A stretch of DNA of 64,000 nt from Anthoceros angustus (Eukaryota > Plantae > Anthocerotophyta): assembly GCA_010909165.1 (NCBI GenBank), contig MU008158.1, positions 1,823,478 through 1,887,477 of the forward strand, in the 5' to 3' direction. This document shows positions 12,751 through 22,844 of the stretch, piece after piece (the stretch's first letter is position 1; every line of letters starts with the position of its first letter). Below the pieces are notes generated by a model that saw only the letters and a program-made list of their open reading frames with translations, was not told the DNA's origin and ran no database searches. Made by a program: the position numbers and the translations under genes.

Positions 12751-14329
12751 GTGATGCCGATAGTGGGCGTGTCGGAAGTAGTGGGAAGCGCAAACGGAGT
12801 TCGACATATCTGGTTTGGGGGCGGGTCAACAAATGTGGAGCCCGAAAGAGATTTGAGAAGGAAGAAAGGCAAGCGCAGCAGAGCGCACGACATCCGACTA
12901 TGCATGTCGGGGGAGAGGCTGGAGGCCTCCATTCGTGATGAAGATTATTTTGCGAATATCGAGAGGCAAGATACGCCAAGAAAGTGGTTGGAAGCAGTTC
13001 TTGAAATTAGAGAATTTAAGGCTGCATCCTTTCTTTCTCCGGATGCAGATTCGGATTGTGGATGAAGCTTGGACCAACTACGGCTCGAGTCATTTCGAAA
13101 GGTAGAGTGGAGGAAGGTGTCTGCCTCTACTATGCATGATTGACCAGGTGACATTCAATCTATAGGCGATAAGTTTAGAGCCAAGAAGTATGTCATGGGA
13201 GTGCTCGGTGGCAATCACACCTATGCAGCGATGAAGCATCCGGACATATCTCCATCAAGGCCGGATACCAATGGATGGAAGCCCATGTGTATTGTGGGCT
13301 CACTTTACGAGATGAGGGTTGCCACGACCACAACACTATGTCGACAAGCGGAGATGAATTTCATTGAGCAAGTAAGGTACTTGCGAGATGAGTTAATTGC
13401 AAAGAGAGATGGTGTCAATATGAGCATGAACGGAAGTTCAACTGTATAAGGTGCTAGGCTTGATAGATGATGATGAGGCCGGAGAGGATGAGCGACAAGC
13501 AAAACAAGGTCGACAATCGCACATATCCTTTGCATCGCCAAACTTGAGGGAGAGTGTGGGAAAATGTTGATAAGATCTTCACGAAGTGGGAGGCCATGGA
13601 GTTGCGAACAAGCCAAACATGTTCTGCGAACAAGCAAGAAAAGCAAGGGGAAACGGAAGATCGCAGATGAGGCGAAGTCGGTGGACCAAAGTTTGTGAAG
13701 CCAAAAGACATGCAAGGAAGCCTTGGCGAAGTTTTGGTATTCCACCGGGTGAGAGGCCAAAAGACATGCAAGGAAGCCTTGGCGAAGTTTTGGTATTCCA
13801 CCGGGTGAGGCGGCCAAAAATGTTGATCGTGTCACCGAGAAGGTCTGACAGTCTCATAGACCTCAATGGTATGGCCAAAGAGATCACTCTTGGAAGAAAC
13901 TACATGTGATCCAAGTGGCTATGGCGAAGCATCTAGGCTGCAATTCATTCGAGATGGTGAGGAAGGAGTACCTGCACTCAACGGATGAAGTCATTGCGAT
14001 TTCGCACCGCTCAAGGGAAGGTGAGTTTCTGCTCTTACCAAGATAGAACTATAAGAGGGCGCCGGCATGCCCTCCCTATTGTCCCCGCAATCGACTTTCG
14101 CAACCTCACTTGTTTTGTGTTATTTTGCAGCAAGTTAAAGATGTTGAAGACCAAAAGCTACTAAGATTTCCGTGCTTTTATATTAGAGGTCCACACATGG
14201 AAAGGGCTGGAGGATGAGCAGAGGGCACTTGGACATGGACATGGAGGAAGGGCTGCAATCATCGCGTGCCCAAAACAGGAGGAGTTAGTGAAGTATCAAG
14301 TGGTGCGCAGATGTGGCGTAAATGAGAGG

Positions 14330-14935
14330 GTTTCTTTGGAGTCAAGTATACAACTGGTGATGGATGTCCCTGTGGGATTCAACAAGGGAAGTATGATGTC
14401 AAACTTGAGCAAAGCAAATGGCAAACATATTTCATTCCTTCCATGACATGACAATGTGCGACGAGATCGAATGATAGTAATGCATGGTGTGGAAGAGCGC
14501 ATATTGTCGTGAGAGTATGAGGAAGTGGTGTGTGGAGGCATGGTCTCATTTGTTTGGGACAAAACTAATATGCACAATGACCAAGGAGGCTTTGACATCG
14601 TGGAGTACATCATCGTGGGGTGTGACCGCACGAGCAAGAAGACAAAGGTGTCCATGTCAATACCTTGCGTGGCTCTTTCAATAATGGGCGAGCTTATTGC
14701 ACACGACGGTGAAGAAGTTATTATACATGTCGGACAAGCGGTTGTTTCCGCATCGAGGCCACCGGGTCTAATGATGAAGTTGATCAAGAACTTCTCCAGA
14801 GAAGGAGATTGGATATTAGATGCATGCGTGAGTGGAACAACGACATTAGCGGCACTCCTTTGTGGCCGAAATTGCATTGCCGTGGAGGTTGACAAACGCT
14901 GCGTAGTTCATTCCGCAAAGGATTCATGGCTATGA
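14330..14935 (+). pseudogene. Beta-class N4-cytosine/N6-adenine DNA methyltransferase domain (N6_N4_Mtase-like), copy A
   Basis: Motif IV-like QLVMDVPVGFN (14351-14383), SFVWDKTN, VEYIIVG, then RPPGLMMKLIKNFSREGDWILDACVSGTTTLAALLCGRNCIAVEVD. This resembles KP..L..LI..S.EGD.VLDPF.GSGTT..AA...GR..I..E.D, with catalytic motif before the SAM-binding motif (beta permutation). Confidence 0.8.
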
Positions 14936-15642
14936 AGTTTTACCGGACGCAGAGGAGGAGTTGACCCATGAGCCACACCGCCGAGGCCCCACCCACCTGG
15001 GCAAAAGAATTGAGCTTGTCCGAGAAGGATGCATCCCAGGCCCAGGTAGTCCCACTTGGGTTGAGCAGGATGAAAGAGAAGACTGGAGATCTTATAGATG
15101 ATCGCCAGCAAACCCTGTCTGCATTGTGGCATCCTGACTATTTGGAGAAGAGCAAGGAGGATTCGGTCGATATCGCCGGAAATGCTATGGTCGAAAACGA
15201 CAATTTCGAGGATCCCGAGGATGCTCGACTCCGAAGGACAGAAGTTGTGTTAGATAGCGTGTCGGGACAATGCCCTCCGGAGCCACAGTCTCAAGCCGAG
15301 AATCCCCCTCAGTAGGGAAGTGAGTCTAGTTTAGTTTTGAAAGTTCCATAACCAATGGTTAGAATTAAGACAGGCCGCATGCCGGCCCGTTCCTCCTTCT
15401 TTAACTATGAGTGACATTGTTATTCGCTTTGTCAAGGATGACTTCGCTGACGGCTGCAAAATATCCAGACCTCGCTTTCACACCTATAAGATATCTGCCG
15501 TAACTGCACGAGAGGTCCGAATGCACCAACATACCCACATTCGTGAAAGCACCACAAACGGGATGCGCAAAACTCAAGCACTAAACTTGCATCACGGACT
15601 GGATGGGGAACCCAATTTGGTCCCGGGTTTTCAAAGCGGGTT

Positions 15643-15674
15643 CGTATATTCCGCGGTTCAAATATTATGGTGTT
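15643..15674 (+). repeat. Terminal inverted repeat of copy A (second, duplicated instance at ~16747-16777)
   Basis: CGTATATTCCGCGGTTCAAATATTATGGTGTT; outer 18 bp identical to the TIR of element 53139-62729. Confidence 0.8.
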
Positions 15675-18600
15675 CTAGTTGCGGGCCGGGGTTGTGATGA
15701 GTGAGCACTAGCGAGTTGGAGCGCAATTGGAAGAAGACCGCACCTTGTACTGTGACTCGAGATTTCAAGGGTCGAGCGGTGAAGTTCGCAACCGGGCGGC
15801 TAGTGAAGTTAAGTGAAGGAGGCGCATGCGATGAGGAGCTCGAATGAAATTTCACGAGCCCAGAACAAGTGGAGACTGGCACCTCAGGAGAATCTTCGGA
15901 TCGAGGCGTGGTAGGAGGCGAGGAACACCCATGGGTCAGTAGCTAGGGCAAAAGAATAACATGAGGCGGCCATGATTTTAGAGGGGGGCGGCATCATAGG
16001 TTTAGGGCTTTCACTTGGATTAGAGGATAAGGTGCTAGGAAAGCCTGTGAACCTGTAGATACCCGAATTGGTAGGCGCGCTCATGGTAGGTTAGCCATCT
16101 TTAGATACTGGAGGTAGGTTAGCCATATTTAGACACTAGAAAAGTGAGTTCTGGCGCTCCGCGGCCGGATGTACAAGAGACCCCTTCGCGTCTCTCTCAT
16201 TAGACAATTTTAGGTGTGAGCTCCCGTGTGTCGAATTTGTGCGCGTGGTTGGTTGGGGGCATCCGATCGATGACGGGTTGATTCGGTGTGCTGTCCTCTC
16301 GTCACAAGAGGGCCGGGGAGATCCCGGGATGGTCGAGAGCTGAGTGACCAAGCTCCGCGTCTGGGGTGACTAGTGGTGAAGGGTGCTCAACGCATGCCAG
16401 GAGAGGGAAATTCCCGTAGGGGACCGGGGTGAGATCGCGGGTGTGTGAATCGCCTGTGGAACCGACCAGTTGTTTTTCCCTTTCCCCAACCCGCCTCAAC
16501 CGTTGTGTCTAATTCTAAGGAGGGGTCCGTGTGGCCCAAGGGGGTCCGTGTGGCCCAAGGGGGGGTCTGTGTGGCCCAAGGAGGGGTCTGTGGCCCAAGT
16601 GAGGCCTGTGTGGCCCAAGAGAGGTCCAGAATGCACCAACATACCCACATTCGTGAAAGCACCACAAACGGGATGCAAACCAAGCACTAAACTTGCGACT
16701 ACCGGATGGATGGGGAACCCGAATTTGGTCCCGGCCAAAGCGGGTTCGTATATTCCGGGTTCAAATATTATGGTGTTCCTAGTTGCGGAGCCGGGGTTGA
16801 CAGTGAGCTGAGCACTAGCAGAGTTGGAGCGCAATTGGAAGAAGACCGCACCTTGGTACTGTGACTCATTGAGATTTCAAGGGTCCAGAGAAGTTCGGCA
16901 ACCGGGCGGGACTGCAGTGAAGTTAAGTGAAGGAGGCGCATGCGAAATGAGGAGCTCCGTAATGAAATTTCACGAGCCAGAACAAGTGGAGACGCCTGGC
17001 ACCTCAGGAGAATCTTCGGATCGAGGCGTGGTAGGAGAGCGAGGAACACCCATGGGCAGGGCTAGGGCAAAAGAATGAGGCGCGCTGATTTTAGAGGGGC
17101 GCATCATAGGTTTAGGGCTTTCACTTGGATTAGAGGATAAGGTGCTAGGAAAGCTCGTGAACTTTGTAGATACCCGAATTGGTAGGCGCCATGGTAGGTT
17201 AGCCATCTTTAGACACCGGAGGTAGGTTAGCCATTTAGACACTAGAAAAGTGAGTTCTGGCGCCCATGCCGGATGTACAAGAGACCCTTCGCCTCTCTAT
17301 TAGACAATTTAGGTGTGAGCTCCTGTGTCGAATTTGTGCGTGGTTGGTTGGGGGCATCCGATCGATGACGGGTTGATTGGTGGCCGTCCCTCTGCCACAA
17401 GAGGGCCGGGGAGATCCCGGGATGGTCGAGAGCTGAGTGACCAAGCTCCGCGTCTGGGGTGACTAGTGGTGAAGGGTGCTCAACGCATGCCAGGAGAGGG
17501 AAATTCCCGTAGGGGACCGGGGTGAGATCGCGGGTGTGTGAATCGCCTGTGGAACCGACCAGTTGTTTTTCCCTTTCCCCAACCCGCTGTCTAACCAGAT
17601 TGTGTCTAATTCTAAGGAGGGGTCTGTGTGGCCCAAGGGGGGGTCTGTGTGGCCCAAGAAGGGGTCTGTGTGGCCCAAGGAGGGGTCTGTGGCCCAAGTG
17701 AGGCCTGTGTGGCCCAAGAGAGGTCTGTGGCCCGAGAGAGGAGGATCTGGGAACATCTTGTGCGTGATGGTGTATGAGGTCCTAGAAGAAAAGGGGTGAG
17801 TGAGTCGTTGTGTGAAGGAGAGTCTAGGAAGTGGTGAGCGCGAGAGTCTGAAGCTTAACCGAGGAAGGGTGGGAATAAATTGTGGGGTCGAGGAAATCAC
17901 GACGGAGTGAGGTGCCGCGACGCGGCGTGGCCATGGTGTGCATCCACCGCTGAGCTCTGGTGTGAATCCACATGAGTGTGACTTGGTGTACTGTGACTCG
18001 AGATTTCAAGGGTCCAGCGGTGAAGTTCGCAACCGGGGGCTGTGAGAAGTTAAGTGAAGGAGGCGCATGACAGATGAGGAGCTCGAATGAAATTTCACGA
18101 GCCAGAACAAGTGGAGACGCCTGGCACCTCAGGAGAATCTTCGGATCGAGGCGTGGTAGGAGGCGAGGAACACCCATGGGCAGGGCTAGCGGCAACAGTG
18201 AGGCGGGCGCGCTGATTTTAGAGGCGCATCATAGGTTTAGGGCTTTCACTTGGATTAGAGGATAAGGTGCTAGGAAGCTTGTGAACTGTAGATACCCAAT
18301 TGGTAGGCGCTCATGGTAGGTTAGCCATCTTTAGATCTTGGAGGTAGGTTAGCCATCTTTAGACACTAGAAAAGTGAGTTGGCCTGACGGATGTACAAGA
18401 GACCCCTTGAGCGTCTCTCGTTAGACAATTTAGGTGTGAGCTCCGTGTGTCGAATTTGTCTTGGCGTGGTTGGTTGGGGGCATCCGATCGATGACGGGTT
18501 GATTGGTGTCTTGTCCTCTCGTCACAAGAGGGCCGGGAGATCCTGGATGGTCGAGTGAGTGACCAAGCTCCGTGCAGGGTGACTAGTGGTGAAGGGTGCT

Positions 18601-19569
18601 CAACGCATGCCGAGGAGAGGAAATTCCGTGAGGGGACCGGGTGAGATCGCGGGTGTGTGAATCGCCTGGAACCGACCATTGTTTTCCCTTTCCCCAACCC
18701 ATGTCTAACAGTTGTGTCTAATTCTAAGGAGGTCATGTGGCCCAAGTGCAATGTGGCCCAAGGGGGTGCATGTGGCCCAAGGAGGGGTCTGTGTGGCCCA
18801 AGTGAGGCTGTGTGGCCCAAGAGAGGTCTGTGGCCCGAGAGAGGAGGATCTGTGGGAACATCTTGTGCGGTGGTGTATGAGGTCCTAGAAGAAGGGGTGA
18901 GTGAGTCGTTGTGTGAAGGAGAGTCTAGGAAGTGGTGAGCGCGAGAGTCTGGAAAAGCAGCAGGAAGGGTGGGAATAAATTGTGGGGTCAGAGGAAATCA
19001 GCGACGGAGTGAGGTGCCGCGACGTGCGTGGCCATGGTGTGCATCCACCAGTGAGCTCTGGGTGTGAATCCACATGAGTGTGACTTGGTGTACCTGTGTG
19101 CATAGGACCATAGCCCTTAACGAGCGTAGCAGGGGAACCGGGCGCCAAATAGCCGATCGCGACGCGCGCGTGCGCCGATCGGGTGGGTCCCACCACGGCG
19201 GTGGTCGAACTTACCACGGTCAACCCACCACGGCGGTGGCGGAATCCATTTCACGGCGGTGGCGGAATCCCACCGGTGGCGGAATCCACCACGGCGGTGG
19301 CGAATCCACGCGGCGGAATCCACCACGCAGTGGCGGAATCCACCACGGCGGTGGCGAACCCACGGCGGTGGTCGAACTTACCACGGTCGTGGGTTCGGAC
19401 ACGGTAGTTGATTATGGCTGGGTAGGAACTGATTGTAGGGGGACTAGAATCCATAGTTTTGGAACATCTTGACACAAAACCATTCCCTTGGGATCGAATC
19501 CTAGGACTATAACGAATAGAGGGTAAATGTGGCCTCCTTGCGTCTTTGGACGCAAAAACCCATTCCACA
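15675..19569 (+). mobile_element. Retrotransposon LTR (~1.6 kb unit) expanded by internal tandem duplications
   Basis: Reverse complement of 50881-52450. Ends in ...AAAAACCCATTCCACA at 19569. Three overlapping partial copies (~15675-16625, ~16778-17985, ~17985-19569) with GTGGCCCAAG and CCACCACGGCGGTGG internal repeats. Confidence 0.7.
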
Positions 19570-20700
19570 ACAACACCAAGCCTGGGAGGCTCAGGTGAAG
19601 GCGGCGCAGCAGGCCGAGTCCGCGGCGAAGACAGACAGGGACCACTACCGGAGAGACAGGAACCGGTGGAGGGAAACGGCAGGCACAGCCGCGGTCAATC
19701 TAAAGGCCGAGCAAACCGCAGCAGAGCAGGCACGGTGAGCCGGGCGGAGGAGGAGGAGGCCAGCAACCGGGAGATGGAGGATCTCCGGACCCAGCTGCGG
19801 GAAACGGAGGAGCGTCGGCAGGAAATGGAGGACCGCAAGGAAACCTTGGAGCTACAGCTCCAAGACACGGTTGAGCGGCATGGAGCCCTCCAGGGAGTGA
19901 TCGCACCATGAGCGGGAGATAGAGCGGCTCCAGCTTTGTTTGAGGACGGAGGAGAGTTGGCGGCGATCCAGGGAGTTGGACCTCGCCGAGTTGGAGAAAG
20001 AGCTGGGGGAAGTCAGGAGCCGGGCGGAGATGCCGGACCGCCTGGAGAGGGAGATGGCGGACCTCCAGGCAAAGATGGACGAGGAGAGGGCTCGAGAGGA
20101 GCGGTCGCTTGTCCGATTGCAGGCGGAGGAGAGCGTGGCTCTATGGCGGCAGTCGGGCCTGCCAGAAACGACGGAGGGAGGTGGAGCAGGAGGAGCAGCA
20201 GCGGAGGCGCAGATGCGGACCGCTGGAGAGGGAGATGGCGGACCTCCAGGCAAAGATGGACGGAGGGGAGAGGGCTCTGAGAGAGGAGCGGTCGCTTGTC
20301 CGAGGAAGTGCAGGGAGAACGTGGCTCTATGGCGGCTTGGTCGGCCTGCTAGAAACGACGGAGGGAGGTGGAGCAGGAGGAGCAGCAGCGGAGGCTGCAG
20401 GAAGTGACGGAGGCCTCCTTGGTGGCCTCACGGGATCGCCCGACTGCAGCTGGCGGGTCTGGCAAGGGAGACGGGCCAACAAGCCGGGCAGCACGCCCAG
20501 CTGCCGGAGCACCTCTGGCGAAGGGAGTATCGGGTGCTCCGGGCGCACGTGGAGGAGGCAATCCAACAAGTCGACTCCGACTTTGCCTTCTACCACGCTG
20601 AACTCCTCAAAGCTCTGGAGGTCCTGCATCAACCACGGTCAACCGACGGCCCTCCAGAAGGATCCGAGGGAGAAGGAGATGAAGGTCCCATGACAAGACG
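19570..20700 (+). pseudogene. Coiled-coil, Glu/Arg-rich ORF remnants, probably retroelement-derived
   Basis: Overlapping frameshifted ORFs (19529-20693) with heptad-like 'REMEDLRTQLRETEERRQEMEDRKETLELQLQD' and an internal ~170-bp duplication. No catalytic motif recognised. Confidence 0.35.
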
Positions 20701-21376
20701 GGAGCGCCTGCTCGGCAACAGCCCGGCGGGGAAGGGATCACATGGACGGCGGGACATGGCGCCCGGGCCCGAGGTAAGTCTTCCGCACCCCGCTATGGAA
20801 GGAAGGGAGGGGGGCCCCGAGAGGGCCATAGAGGGCCAAGTCCTGGAGGACTTGGGACAACGTGGAGGTCCGGTGGAAGAGGATGGACCCCCGGGAAGTC
20901 CACGGGCGAAGAAGTCCAGGGACCGGCAAGTCCGGACCTCGGGGTCCGGACTCCAGAAATAAGGCCGGACCCTGAGGTCCGGACCCCAGAGTCGAGACCG
21001 GACCCCGAGGTCCGACCTCGAGTAAGGCGGACCACAGGTCCGGACGCTGAATCGAGATCGGGACCCCGAGGTCCAGACTCAGGAGGCAAGGGGGAGTCAT
21101 CACCGACCTGCTCAGGAGGAGCAACCTCCTAGGGGACCCGCAGAGCAGGGGCCCACCAGTGAGGCAAGAGAGGAAGGTGAGGAGGATTTGGTGGTGACCG
21201 CCGTTGTTAGGCCGCCTCCGGTGGCCCAACCTGACAGAGTCTCGGGAAGGGGAAGGGGCCCCGCCTCGCGGATCATCCGTCTGGGGCGCCGAACCGAGGG
21301 GATTGGGCCACCAGAGTTTGAGGCGGAACCAAGGGCACTACCAGCCTCACCGCCGACGACGTAGATAGGCGGGTTA

Positions 21377-21600
21377 TGAAGGAAATAGTAGGCGGCAGGC
21401 TAGGGCACACTGAGCTGGCCACCAGCTCAGAATAGGAGTGTAATAAAGACGCCGCCCTTGGGCGTAGTATAAGAGGGCAGGGGCTGCTCTAGTAAAGCAT
21501 CTTTCTCTTGGGGTGTATATCGCGTTTCCTTGTAGACCCTTGTGCGTCTTTTGCTAACGTGAGACCTGAGTCACTAAGCAGGCACGACAGCCCCGGAGAG
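21377..21600 (+). mobile_element. Possible LTR segment
   Basis: Purine-rich GTAGATAGGCGGG followed by TGAAGG..., a TATA-like GTATAAGAGG at ~21468 and a U5-like T-rich stretch. No partner LTR identified. Confidence 0.25.
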
Positions 21601-22844
21601 ACTGATCAAGGTCCTGGTGACGGACCCTAACGTGTGGTGGTGTGTGCACGAGCGGACGATCAGAGACCTCTGCTCTTCCGGAGCAGCGGCCCGACGGACC
21701 GGACGGCAACGTGAGCTGGGGACTCGGGAGGCGTGTAGAGCCGGACGGAGGCCCGGCGTCTGACGGAGGAGGTCCGGACCACGCAGCCCACCCACTCTTT
21801 CCCCAAGAACGACGAGTGTATTGAGAGTGGTGAGGAGAGCGGACTAGACAGACGAGGAACGGACTGATAGGGTACGGACGCGAACGAGTCCTTAATCGTT
21901 TGGCCACACCGGGCCTGTTTGGTGAACGTTAAGAGTAGTCTCGTAGAACCGTGCACGCGTGCGCTCGGGTCCAAACGGTCGCGACGTTAGGGTGAGAATC
22001 GGTTGAAAACGTGCCAAACGGAGCCTATCATTCTCTTGGGAACGGACCCCTTGCTACAACGACACGGGATTGTGCGCGCCCGACTGGCCGTCAGCAAAAG
22101 TCGCGCCACATCAGTCATGCGAAAATGGGTCATGCTGCACACTTGCTCACCTCAGACCTTTTCTACAAATAAGGCAACCTCACACTCTCCCTCACACAGC
22201 AGCCACACCTCCCTGTGCTGCTCCGAAAATATGTCAACCACCAGCCTACAACGCCACGAGGTGGTCATAGGCCCTCCTCTTACCAAGGTAGGTCCACCGT
22301 TGGCGACCAGGGACCCCATGGATCGCGGCGCGGTTTCCTAACTCCACAGGGTCTGGCTCCCCTTACTGCATGGAGCCGAACTCTACTACAGATTTGGGAC
22401 CCCTTCCTTAGGCTCTGCCTCTAGCCTTCTGCTACTACCTACACTCTAATCCTCTATTCAACATCCATTGCCACCTCCAACACCAACCCTCAACTCATCT
22501 CTACACACCTACTCCATTCTATTCCACAATCTCCTACTCTATCACCACCCTCTGACTCATTGATTCCAGCTCGCCCTTATGGCACAACTGCCGGGAGTCC
22601 GCCTATAAATCAATAAGTTCTTCCTTGGGCCGGTTGTTGTGAGGTTTGCAACCAGATAGCGAGAAGCTCCATGGAGTCTTTCCCTGCAGTTTACCCTTAA
22701 ACCGAGAATTCCTTAGGCACCGCCACACACCCAAAGTAAAGCAATTACACATCAACCATTCACAAGGGGAGCAACCCGCAAAGGAGCCCACAGGGAGCGA
22801 GCCCTCCATCAAGCACTCCGACCACCGCAAACTCCCTTTCTACC

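Larger units (their letters stand above)
8830..15315 (+). pseudogene. Transposon cargo gene, copy A: unknown N-terminus, acidic region, ParB/Srx-like GGNH domain, helical region, N4/N6 DNA methyltransferase, acidic tail (fragmented, partly tandem-duplicated)
   Basis: Peptides SKPYG..EDYRFVL, MSFRRTRA, DEDY..IREAAY, YVMGVLGGNHTYAAMKH (13189-13240), KMNFIEQVRYLRDELQIAKR, VWENVDKIFTKWEAMELPEQAKHV, MTase motifs and ENDNFEDPED are all colinear with copy B (53.5-57.5 kb, minus). Confidence 0.7.
5375..15674 (-). mobile_element. Copy A of methyltransferase-carrying DNA transposon (left end lost, internal tandem duplications)
   Basis: Same gene order as element 53139-62729 in opposite orientation: transposase on minus (5.4-7.8 kb), cargo ParB-like/MTase gene on plus (8.8-15.3 kb). 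Ends in a matching TIR (..TTCAAATATTATGGTGTT at 15657-15674). No left TIR found. Confidence 0.8.

Noticed and set aside
9523-12979. Many long overlapping Arg/Pro/Ala/Gly-rich ORFs on both strands
   Set aside because: Shadow ORFs from GC-rich palindromic minisatellites lacking stop codons. The same applies at 5850-6500, 54685-55090, 56130-56900 and 59668-60402.
14330-14935. Bacterial contamination or a restriction-modification operon
   Set aside because: The MTase lies inside TIR/TSD-bounded elements nested in plant LTRs, contiguous with intron-containing plant genes; no restriction endonuclease or operon structure seen.
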